A DNA stretch of 32,150 nt from Chiloscyllium plagiosum (taxonomy: Eukaryota), in NCBI RefSeq assembly GCF_004010195.1, contig NC_057719.1:31883525-31915674 (forward strand). Direction: 5' to 3'. A program made the translations under genes and the position numbers. Below the pieces are notes generated by a model, which did no database searches, had not been told where the DNA came from, and saw only the letters and a list, made by a program, of their open reading frames with translations. Numbering within the stretch: the first letter of the stretch is position 1; every line of letters starts with the position of its first letter. Of this stretch, positions 1 to 9,336 are shown one piece after another.

Positions 1-140
1 TCTTTCTTTAAGTCCTTTGTTCTACTACTGTCCGTCCATAGACTTAACTTCCGACCTAATGGACTATCGGGGGGTATTTCTTTCCCATTTGCAGTCTTCC
101 CTGACTTCTCCTTAGTAAATTTAGAAGTCTGATTTCCCAT
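1..140 (-). CDS. gag: Retroviral Gag (matrix N-terminus), partial: MGNQTSKFTKEKSGKTANGKEIPPDSPLGRKLSLWTDSSRTKDLKK...
   Basis: Translated by hand; not in the ORF track because it runs off the window edge. ATG at 140 in accATGG context, MGxxxS myristoylation signal, and an IPPDSPLG..L..W....TK..KK motif recognised from HERV-I-group Gag. No stop in 46 codons. Confidence 0.88.
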   Translation of the reverse strand, partial: MGNQTSKFTKEKSGKTANGKEIPPDSPLGRKLSLWTDSSRTKDLKK

Positions 141-568
141 GGTCTATCTTCGGTCCTGGTCTTAAACGCCTAAAACGTTTTCACAGATGACCGTTAAAAC
201 CACAATTTCCCGTGGTTTATCTTCGGTCCTGGTCTTAAACGCCTAAAACGTTTTCACAGATGACCGTTAAAACCACAATTTCCCGTGGTTTATCTTCGGT
301 CCTGGTCTTAAACGCCTAAAACGTTTTCACAGATGACCGTTAAAACCACAATTTCCCGTGGTTTATCTTCGGTCCTGGTCTTAAACGCCTAAAACGTTTT
401 CACAGATGACCGTTAAAACCACAATTTCCCGTGGTTTATCTTCGGTCCTGGTCTTAAACGCCTAAAACGTTTTCACAGATGACCGTTAAAACCACAATTT
501 CCCGTGGTTTATCTTCGGTCCTGGTCTTAAACGCCTAAGGCGTTTTCACAGATGACCGTCAAAACCAC
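132..568. repeat. 73-bp tandem repeat, about 6 copies, in the ERV 5' leader and overlapping the gag start
   Basis: CTTCGGTCCTGGTC recurs at 148, 221, 294, 367, 440 and 513 (period 73). Internal copies look identical; the terminal copies have a few substitutions. Confidence 0.97.
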
Positions 569-596
569 GTGGCCAACAAGGAAGAACAAAAAAAAT

Positions 597-606
597 CTCT
601 TACCTT
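597..606 (-). promoter_or_regulatory. Candidate major splice donor of the ERV (AAG|GTAAGAG)
   Basis: Consensus 5' splice site on the minus strand between the PBS and gag, the usual position for the env donor. Confidence 0.6.
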
Positions 607-859
607 GATCCGTGGCCTTTTTAAATGTGTGTACCCCCGTGTATAGTCACTAACCGGTCGTCCCAACACTCGTCCGTGTGTTCCTTTTCCAGGATTCAAA
701 ATTATTTTTAAATGAGTCGGGTCACATCCTCTCTTGGCCGACGGCCAACAGACCAAGCTGATCAGTGAGAAGTATAAATATATACTAGACGCGTCTTTGT
801 TGTGATCAGGCTTGATCCGTGAGCCGAAGAGACTGCCTCCCCCCGGCAATAATTATTTC

Positions 860-877
860 ATCCCGGACGAGCCCCCA
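860..877 (-). promoter_or_regulatory. Primer-binding site for tRNA-Pro (TGGGGGCTCGTCCGGGAT)
   Basis: Perfect 18-nt match to the MLV-type tRNA-Pro PBS, separated by 2 nt (AT) from the terminal CA of the LTR. Confidence 0.97.
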
Positions 878-879
878 AT

Positions 880-1390
880 TGTGCGAGATATGCGGCTGTC
901 CAGCCCCATCTCCGGCACTTTTATTTCCCTTCCCAGGAACAAAGACACGGAGGAGTCTGTCCAAAACTTTTCATTCAACTTTGCAAAGTCGGGTGCAATG
1001 CTTCGTGGGTACACACCCCTTAATAATAATCTCCACACATTATATACATGTAAATGTGGGCTGGGTCTCCTACTGCTGTCTTGACCAACGAGTGCTAGGG
1101 TTCCCACTGTTTTCCTTATTTGGGTTCTGGTGCCTGTTACTCACTTGGCCAATCAGTGTTTGAGTTCCCCGTTCTTTCCTTATATGGATGATGTTGTACA
1201 ACTGTGGTTAAGGGCGGTCTCTCAGCTATCGAGGAAAGCTGTTACAATTGTTTCATTCATAAAAACATGGGGGAGGTCCGGCACCAGTTTCGAGTGTCTG
1301 CTTGTGTTTACTATAAGGCACTTGTGTTTACTATAAGGTAGAAAAGACTAAAATGCAGCTAACCGTTTAAAAATTACACTACCCCCTACA
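880..1390 (-). repeat. ERV 5' LTR, about 511 bp
   Basis: Ends ...TCGCACA next to the PBS. Minus-strand TATATAA at 1040-1046 and AATAAA at 920-925. The 5' boundary TGTAGGGGG at 1390 is placed where Gypsy gag homology (..HSAVREPGES) stops; an alternative TG at 1411 is less likely. Confidence 0.8.
1114..1338. promoter_or_regulatory. LTR U3 enhancer/promoter motifs: two CArG boxes, a CCAAT box and a duplicated forkhead-type site
   Basis: CCTTATTTGG at 1114-1123, CCTTATATGG at 1178-1187, GGCCAATCAG at about 1147-1156, and CTTGTGTTTACTATAAGG duplicated at 1301-1318 and 1321-1338. Confidence 0.55.
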
Positions 1391-1676
1391 GACTCCCCCG
1401 GTTCTCTGACAGCTGAATGAAACAGATAGCATCTAAGAATTAGTGTCATAACATTCCTTCAGGAACTCTTTGAAGGTTTTCGTGTCCCATGCCTGTGGGA
1501 AAGTTAAGTCCCTTATAGTTGAAAATGCTGTGAGTCCACAAGCAGTCAGAAGGATTACTTGTTGCTTTTCATCTGCCCCAATGTTATTTGCCCGCAAAGA
1601 ATATTGCATTATATCCACATACAGGCCCAGGCTTCGACAACAGGAACAAATGAGTCAAGCTTCTAAATGCACGATG
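1391..1676 (-). pseudogene. Decayed Ty3/Gypsy LTR-retrotransposon gag N-terminus, interrupted by the ERV
   Basis: Frameshifted KLDSF..VEAW..YVDIMQYSLRANNIGADEKQQVILLTACG..AFSTIRDLTFPQAWDTKTFKE...LILRCYLFHSAVREPGES, typical of Gypsy Gag (ORF 1433..1618). Confidence 0.8.
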
Positions 1677-1812
1677 CCAGAAATGTTTACCCCAACTCCA
1701 AGATGGCAGTTGCAAGTGAATGTTCTTCAGGCATGTCATTTTTTTTCTCCCATTGCCATAGAAAGAACAGCACAGAGCCGATATCCCATCACCAAGTCAC
1801 CCTTTATTTATG

Positions 1813-2024
1813 AGTTGAAAATGTGTTGCTGGAAAAGCGCAGCAGGTCAGGCAGCATCCAGAGAACAGGAGAATCGACGTTTCGGGCATAAGCCCTTCTT
1901 CAGGAAGAAGGGCTTATGCCCGAAACGTCGATTCTCCTGTTCCCTGGATGCTGCCTGACCTGCTGCGCTTTTCCAGCAACACATTTTCAGCTCTGATCTC
2001 CAGCATCTGCAGACCTCACTTTCT
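1813..2024. mobile_element. Fold-back Penelope-like terminal-repeat (pLTR) insertion with a 12-bp TSD
   Basis: 90-bp inverted arms at 1812-1901 and 1904-1993 with 2 mismatches and a 2-nt loop. CCTTTATTTATG at 1801-1812 and 2025-2036. Similar to the Penelope termini at 29811 and 31438. Confidence 0.85.
1876..1903 (-). ncRNA. Minimal hammerhead ribozyme core (Penelope-associated type)
   Basis: Minus strand CTGAAGA-AGGGC-TTAT-GCCC-GAAAC-GTC, i.e. CUGANGA / stem II / GAAA / NUH. Confidence 0.65.
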
Positions 2025-2416
2025 CCTTTATTTATGCGTGTACAGTTCACTGGCTGTGGCCAGCCAGCTCGTAATTAGTTCACTCAAATGAGGAGATTCT
2101 AATCTCCTGTTTTTTTAAAAATAGTTGACAAGGTGGCAGCCTGAAACTTTTTTAGCTAACACAAGATGACTGAAAGGGTCTGACAGTTACATACAGCAGA
2201 TGTTCACAGCTAGACTTGTAGTCTCCCCGTACATATATTGGATAAGTTGAGATTCTCCTTAGGAAGAAACATTAAGAAGTTATCAGGTTTCTGTAAACAG
2301 GCAGTTCTAAATATATAAGCATTATAATAAGGGGCATTTTTTTGTAAGACCTAGTTTAGTCAAGTCTCAAGTTTGTTATTTAGTAAGAAGTAGAATGAAA
2401 TGTCTGATCCTACGTA

Positions 2417-2546
2417 AAATAACAGCACAGAGGGCGGGTCCCATCACCAAGTCACCCTTTATTTACTGGTGCACAGTATACTGGATGTGGCCAGCCAGTT
2501 TGGAGTCATTTCACTCAACTGAGGAGATTCTAATCTCCTGATTATA
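2417..2546 (-). repeat. Second partial copy of the Gypsy LTR (TATA to U5)
   Basis: Direct homology to 1765-1811 plus 2037-2110 without the Penelope insertion. Begins TATAATCAGGAGATTAG on the minus strand. Confidence 0.7.
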
Positions 2547-2927
2547 TATTAATTTGTTGATATTTATTTATGTAATTAGCAGGTTTGGTTTTGTATTTGT
2601 TCTAATATTCAAAAGAAAAAATTTCCTTTTCTTAATAAAAATATACACACATATATTTTTACAAAAATGTATACGTGGTCCACGGACTCCACAGCACAAC
2701 AGAACAACTATCCCCTGTTTATATTTTTTTCTGAGATTCTCATCTATCTCCTGGTTAAATATTTTTTCCTTTTTTTCAGAAAAATCAATCCTCAATAAAA
2801 AAGGAATATCAGTTAACAAACTGGCTATATAATTCAGCCAGTTCAGGAATCAGCCCCCCCCCCCAAAAACAAAGCAGAAACCAAAAGCAGCAGTAACACA
2901 TTGACTGAGTAAAAACAATGACTGCAG

Positions 2928-3142
2928 GTAAAGGGAATCGGTTTAGCTCAGTTAGCTGGATTGTTGGTTCACAAAGCAGTATGATACTAACAGTGTGAGT
3001 TCAATTCCCATCACTGGTTTGAGGTTACCATGAAGGACTCTCTTCCTCAACCTCTTCCCTCTCCTAAGGTCTGGTGGCCCTCAGGTTAAATCACCACCAG
3101 TTGCTTCTCTCTAATAAGAGAGCAGCTCCTATGCTCTCTACG
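2928..3142 (+). mobile_element. tRNA-derived SINE (3'-truncated), part of a TSD-flanked insertion at 2910-3142
   Basis: A-box-like TTAGCTCAGTTAG and B-box-like GAGTTCAATTCC. The body (TGAGGTTACCATGAAGGA...CTCAACCTCT..CCTC...CTCTCTAATxAG) is shared with the copies at 22078 and 28233. Confidence 0.8.
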
Positions 3143-3212
3143 CATTGACTGAGACCCAGCCAGCACAGAGTCAATCCCCTAGACTGAGGGGATTCTAAAG
3201 CTCATGGTTACA

Positions 3213-5752
3213 TTTTTTAAAAAATTCCCTGCGCTACTGCCTAACAGCGGTAGTGCCTATTTGTCCCCAGCACCCATGTTGTGTGTGCAGGTGTAGGTGT
3301 CTTAATCCTTATTTTCCACCACTAGGAAGGAAGGACACACCAGAGTGGCCAGTGACAAGCAATGCCCTTTCAAAGGACAGTGCTGAGTGATCAAAGGGGG
3401 AGGGGGGAGCACAGGGACTTAAATCAAAATGGATTTGGAGGGGGAAGTAAAACACTCTATACCCTGTGGTGCCCACCTCTCCCTGAAAATCCCGTTTATA
3501 TGGTATTGTGCAACCACCACGGACACAATTAAAACAGTTATTGGGAGGATGAGAAAGGGGCACAAAAATCCTTTGCCCTCACCAGAAATGCACCAAGGAA
3601 GTTCCTGATGCGCTCTCGCTCATTTATGTCCAGCTGAGGTGCTTGGCGAGCAGTCTGGGCCAACCAATATACCAGCTTGAAGGAGCTCCAGTGGTCAAGT
3701 GCCAGTTGGGCTCTATCCCGGTGACTGCGAGTTTCCTCGACAAAGTTCCAGAGTTCCTTGAGGGGGAGCTCGGTGGTGGGGTACCTGGGATTCAAAAACC
3801 TCACTGGAGAAGGACTCTGCGTCGTCCTCAGTGTCCACCACGGAACCCAAACCCTCCTCCGGGAATTTGGCCTTGGTCACTGGCCCCTCCCACATTGAGA
3901 GAGTGAAGGCTGGTCTGGCACTGCCAACAGGCCTCAAACCCCCAGCGACCCCACCCCCAGGGTCACCGGTGGTAACTTCCTCAGCGTACTCTTTCCTGGA
4001 ATGCCCCATCGGGTTGATGGGGGCTTGGGGCCCCGCTCCTCTTGACACTGGAACGCCCGGCTCTGCGGGGAAAAGGTCCTTCCCCAGTGTCAAGGCCCCC
4101 AGAAAAACAGTCTGGAGGGAGGAGTGAGGATAACACCTTCCTTCTCTCCACAGCTCGCTCACCAGCGGTGTTAAAATTATGACAGCCCGCACCTATGTGG
4201 GGCATAGGCTCGTCCCGGGGGGCTGGTGGAATAGTGGCATCAAGGGAACATGCTGTGACCCCTGGGGCTCTAGGTAAGTCAGGTAGTAGTGCAGGAAAGG
4301 CAGGAAGCGTGACAGGCACACCCCCTGGAAAAGGGTAGTGCTGTCAGTGTGCCGAAGAGAAATCCTCCCCTCCTGGGGGCAACATCTCTTCTAAGGTAAA
4401 TGCTGTCCCCTCCCCACCCAGCCTGGTGGTCATGGGGCCTGAGGCTCTGCCTCCCAACTTTACGTGGACTATGATTGGCTGGGGTAAGGCAGGGGGTGTG
4501 GCAAGAGCAGGGAGAGCCAGCTGTGTCACTTCCTATCCTGCCGGTGATGGGCCCAGAGACACTACTACTGGAGGATGGAGGGCAGCAACAGCAGGTTTCC
4601 CAAGGTCAGGGCCCAGTGGAGTGGGGCAGGGTTTGAGCTCAGGTGCCACAGGGCGAGGGTCAGACATGGATGCTCCAAGGATCGTCACATCTGGGCAGAG
4701 TCCACGCACAGAATCAGGGCATGAGGGGTCAGGATACCCATGCCGGGGTGAGCCGCGGCAAGGGCCTGATCCCAGGGGATGGGACAGGGTTACTTCCATG
4801 AGGGTAGGTGTGATGTGAATGCACTGGGCAGCCTTCTGGGTTGGGTGGTTCTTTCTTAAAAGCTCACCTTGTGGCACTGCACACCGTCCGCTATCCAGAA
4901 GATGCGATAGACCGCGCACTCATGGAGGAGGGTAAAGGAGCCCTCAGTGATCTCCTCCCAGGCCATGCAAATGAACACCTGGCTTCAAAATGAGCAAACG
5001 TGCTTAAGAGTGGGGTCCTTCAGACCAAGCAGGAGTGATTGGACACTTGATCGGCTTTCTCCCAGTGTTTGAAGATGGGGGAGAAGGAGCTTGCTGGCAA
5101 TGAATGGCGGGACATTGGAGACCTCTGGGTCATGACTTCCAAAGGATCAACAGGAAGGAATGACCTGTTCACAGTGAGCCCCCCTCTGCACTGGCTGCAG
5201 CGACGGTGGCCAGTGGGCTGACTACACTAGCCACGGCCTTACTGCAGGCCTCAGGCATTTAGTCGGATGCTTGAAAGAGATTGGGGTTGGGGTTGTAACC
5301 GGAGCTGGAGTGGCTGAGCCTAAGGCAGCACCTACCCTGGCATAGTTATGGCTGGGGCCTGTTGTCTTGGGGCTTGCCATATTGAGCTGCTTCTCAGGTG
5401 GTCTTCCTCTTTACGGACTTTGGGTGACAGTGACAAATTGGATGACTCAGGCAACAGCAGCAACAGTCCTTAGGTCTAAGCAGGCCCCAAGCAGCAGCAA
5501 CAGTGTTCAGGTGGAGGCAAGGCCCAGGCTACAGCAGTGGTGGTGGTACCTGCTTGTGCAGCTGAACACAGTTCTAATCGAAGGAGAAAAAATAGAAAAC
5601 CAATAAAGAAAACCAAAAGTTAAATGCATACCTTCGACAGGGGGAGAAAGAAAAAGAAACTCTCCTCCTTAGCGGAGACGAACAGCAGCAGTAGCACACT
5701 GACTGAAGCCTAGCCAGCACAGAGTGTAAAGACTCTAAATCTCCTAGTTATA
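3213..5752 (-). mobile_element. Tx1-clade non-LTR retrotransposon derivative: 5' UTR, decayed ORF1 (ATG about 5380 to 3538), nearly all of ORF2 deleted, 3' UTR
   Basis: ORF1 fragments are homologous to those at 10500-12495, with C-terminus ELPLKELWNFVEETRSHRDRAQLALDHWSSFKLVY. It joins directly to the last ORF2 codons (RERWAPQGIECFTSPSKSILI*) and a 3' UTR matching 8745-8990 and 23700-23930. Confidence 0.8.
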
Positions 5753-8656
5753 TTTTATTAAACAGTACAAAATATAGTTAACAATGAACAGGAGGCAGTG
5801 GTTCACAGAAGAAAGTGCTATATATAGGGGAAAGGGCAACAAAGCCAAACCCCAAACCCCACCGTTCAACCAGTTTTCAGGGAGATGAGGACAAACCTCA
5901 AATCCCACTTCCACTTGTCACAAACATAACGGTAATAAACACAGGCAAGAAACTGCAATCCAATCAGAAACAGTGCATAGAACACAGACCTAATATAGTT
6001 ATAAAAAAGACACCTGGCACCCATCCATATCGCATACTGATCAGATTGTCTTTGGCTAGCCTTCCTGCAGGACATTCGTCGGCCTTCCAGCACCCGGCCG
6101 CCCCGTGTACTGACTGACCCTTTCTCCTGGCCAGCATTCCTATGGGCTGGCCATCGGTTGTCAGACTCCCTGTGTACTGATTGGTCCTCCCCTGGTTGGC
6201 CTTCCTAAAGGCCCCCTGTCTCAGGCTTCCCATGTACTGACAGGCCTTTCCTATACTCCACCCACCCCGCACACTGACAGGCTCCTTCCGGACCACTTTC
6301 CTCCAAGCTGGTCATCAACTGTCCAGCCCCCAGCCAGCATGCGTAATGGCTGCCCCTCCCTTGACCAGCTTTCCTATGAGCACGCGTACTAACAGACCCC
6401 TCCCTCCGCAGCCCGCTGACCCCAGGTCAGTCATCGACCCACCAGCTCCTGATTGCCTCACATACTGACTAGCCTGCTCTGGTCCGTACTCAAACACAAT
6501 TAATTACAAAACCCATATACATGAACAGAATTCACAAAATCCTCACAACACAGTTTCCAGTACCAAGGCAGAGTCCACACCCAAAGGCAGAAAAAGCACA
6601 TCTCGCAGCACGCACAGGTGTTTATTCTCTTTAGGGGCCTGGCCCATCCATCGAGAACCCGGCCCACTAACAGGGAACACAGTACATTGTAAAGGTGCAG
6701 TTAACCCACAGGGGTAGAGTCCATTCCCAGAACCAGCAATTGCTCACTTCCAAGCATACACACTACAGGTGTTCAGTCTTTGCAGAGGCCTAGTCACCCA
6801 CAAAGGGCCAGGCCTACCCACAGAGGAACAATTCAGTTGGAAAGATGTATTTTTTCACAAGGGCTCAGCCCAAACACCAAAAAAGTGAAAGCACATTCCA
6901 AAAAAACAAAAACAAAAACAGAGTGCTAAGCCCTGCCACGAAATCAGCATTGCTATTTTCTCAAAATGAAAGAGAAAAGAGTGACACTCAGGTTGTAACC
7001 AACCAGTGAAACAATAGTTCCCTAATGAGAACCAACACACGTTGACTGTGAAGATCAGGCAGTTTAGAAATCAGTCCTCAATAAAAAAGGAATACCAGTT
7101 AACAAAACTGTCATTCTAATCATATAGCTTTACTTGTGTTTCTGACCTTTAAATCTCTTCTGACTATTCTAACATGAAATATTTGGGAAAGTATGGTGTA
7201 GTTTTTGTGGACGTGGATTCACAACTTGAAAAAAGAAGACATCTAATATTTTGCTTTGTACGTACTTTAACTGGTAATGGTATTGCTCCTAGTATTGCGT
7301 AGCCATCCAAAATTAGAATTTTTCTTTAGCAACAGAGAACATCTGATCTATAATATAACTAACCTAATTTCAATAGGCTAAAATTGGGAAGTGGTTTTGT
7401 AAATCATTGTCTATTAGAAAGAAGCAAGAATTCCAATTGGAAATGAAACGTACAGCTTTTCACACAAGTTTTTCAAATCAAAGATTGCAGATGTTTTTAG
7501 AGTTTTCATGTGTTCAGTTTGCATTATGTAAACAATTGTGAAAGTTGCTTATTTTTCCAACATATTGGTCCACATTTACATTTAAAATCCAGCACAATTT
7601 GCGAGTAATGTATCTACTGTAGATATTTTCTAACAAACCTATGCTCATCACTTGTATGGGTGTAGATATGGGGGAAGATTTAGCAAAAAGGAACTGCTCT
7701 TTATAAGTTGCTAGTATGAGTTTTGTGGGGCTTTATTGGCTGTGAACTGTCAATGTCAATTATTGTCATTCCTTTGAAATTAGCCAAACTCTCAAGGGCA
7801 AGAGCAGGTGAATGCAGAAATCCAATCATTCCCTGCAATGCTAAGGTGCACTATGACCCTACACTAACCCAACAATGAATCAGTTCATTTGGCAAGAACT
7901 CCCCTTTCTACTATGAGATAAAACACATTTAGGTGCTCAGTTGAGGAAAAACTCAACAATAGAGCTGACACTGAAAAATAGTTTCCTACTTATGGAGTAT
8001 TGTTAATGACTCCATTATGATTAATGAGTAGATATTCAAACTATTTTTATTGTATTTTTTTCCTTAAAATTCCTCTTCGAACTTCACCCAATATGTATAT
8101 TCCAATCTTTAGCGTGCAGTTTTATTTTAAAAAATGAGTTTTTATGCTTTTCAACAACCCATGAGGACACTTATGTGATTGGCTGCTTAGATAACTTGAT
8201 GACATAATTCCTGCTTCACATTAACAATCCTCTCAAGAATGTTGGAATCCAATGTGTGGTGAAAGAGAGAAATTCATGCTGTGGAGATTGCTAGATTTCT
8301 CAGCAAGTCTTTTTACAAGGTCAATGGTTAGCATTCTTGCTTTGCTGCTCATTGCAAAATCCAGGCTCAAATACATTTAATATTCTGAAACATACAGTTT
8401 ATTCTTTCTGTGAACAGCAAATCGACTTAACTCAAAAATGTACGGAAACTTTTTTGAAAGCCTTAAAGTAAACTTTAAGATTTTTCTTCTGTGAAAAAAA
8501 GAATTAACAAAACTAGCTTTGTAAACTTGCCAGTTTCAGAATCAGGTTCTCCAAAAGAAAAAAACAGACACCAACAGGAGCAGTAGCACATTGACTAAAG
8601 CCTAGCCAGCACAGTCAGTTCCCGAGACTGAGGGGATTCTAAATCTTCTGGGGTTT
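5753..8656 (-). mobile_element. Non-coding element sharing the Tx1 5' head (8656-8504, continuing 7109-5753), split by a 1.4-kb insertion
   Basis: Joining 7070-7109 to 8515-8650 gives a continuous match to 2782-2909 plus 3154-3210. Ends AATAAAA just before the next head motif. No credible ORF. Confidence 0.55.
7110..8503 (+). other. Retroposed AT-rich non-coding segment with an 11-bp TSD and a short A tail
   Basis: TTAACAAAACT at 7099-7109 and 8504-8514. Ends AGTAAA (8467-8472), 21 nt, then AAAAAAAGAA. Confidence 0.6.
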
Positions 8657-9336
8657 TTTTCCCTCTCTACAGAGTCAGACCTCTAAACTGAGGGGATTTT
8701 AAATCTCCTGGTTAGAAAATACTTTATTATCTCCTGATTATATGCTTGACCCCCACACTATCACCTAGCAGCGGTAGTGCTTATTTCTTCCCAGCACCAT
8801 GTTGTGTGCGTGCAGGTGTGAGACACAGTGAAAGACAGCAAGGGTACAAATCTTTATTTATATTCCACCACCAGGAAGAAAGGAAACACCAGAGTGTACA
8901 GTGACAAGCAGTGCCCTTCACATCAAAGGGCAATGCTGTGTGATCAAACAGTGAAGGGGGGGGGGGGGGGCAGGGATTAAATCAAAATAGAGTTGGAGGG
9001 GGAAGTAAAGCATTCCACTCCCTGCGGTGCCCACCTCTCCCTGAACAACTCCAGGGTGTCGGTGGACACCGCATGCTCCTTCTCTAGGGACACCTGGGCT
9101 CAAATGTAACCACAGAAAGGGGTCAGGCGATCGGCCATAATGACCCCCTCCATGGGCCGCTGCCCGGACTTGTTTATGGCCTGTTTGGCCAGGCCCAGTT
9201 GCAGTCCCACGAGGAGGTCCTCTGACCTACCCTCACCCCTCCGCACCGGGTGCCCAAAGATCAGGAGAGTGGGGCTGAAGTGCAACCAAAAGCAGAGGAG
9301 AAGGCTTTTAAGAAACTCTTAAATGGAGTGCAAGCA

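Larger units (their letters stand above)
1..1390 (-). mobile_element. 5' portion of a class I (gamma/epsilon-like, HERV-I/HERV-IP-related) endogenous retrovirus: 5' LTR, PBS, leader, start of gag; continues beyond the left window edge
   Basis: Ordered minus-strand architecture: TG...CA LTR with TATA and AATAAA, 2-nt spacer, perfect tRNA-Pro PBS, splice donor, then a myristoylation-type gag start. CpG-rich relative to the rest of the window. Confidence 0.92.
1757..2113 (-). repeat. Gypsy LTR (R/U5 part) upstream of the gag remnant, split by a Penelope-derived insertion
   Basis: Minus strand reads CAGGAGATTAGAATCTCCTCA...AATAAA..GTGACTTGGTGATGGGA, then a degenerate PBS-like TGGCAATG and gag. 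Homologous to 2417-2546. Confidence 0.65.

Noticed and set aside
132..568. CRISPR array
   Set aside because: The units are contiguous and identical with no variable spacers, there are no cas genes, and the context is eukaryotic and retroviral.
141..860. Glyco-Gag-like N-terminal extension through the leader
   Set aside because: Every 73-bp unit has stops in all three minus-strand frames.
559..1336. ORFs of 68-114 aa over the leader and LTR
   Set aside because: No recognisable protein motifs; they overlap cis-acting LTR and PBS sequence.
1401..1411. Alternative LTR start (TGTCAGAGAA, imperfect inverted repeat of the LTR end)
   Set aside because: This stretch encodes ..AVREPGES of the Gypsy Gag, so it is more likely flank. 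The 3' LTR is needed to settle it.
2935..3012. tRNA gene
   Set aside because: A and B boxes are present, but there is no intact cloverleaf and it continues into a SINE body.
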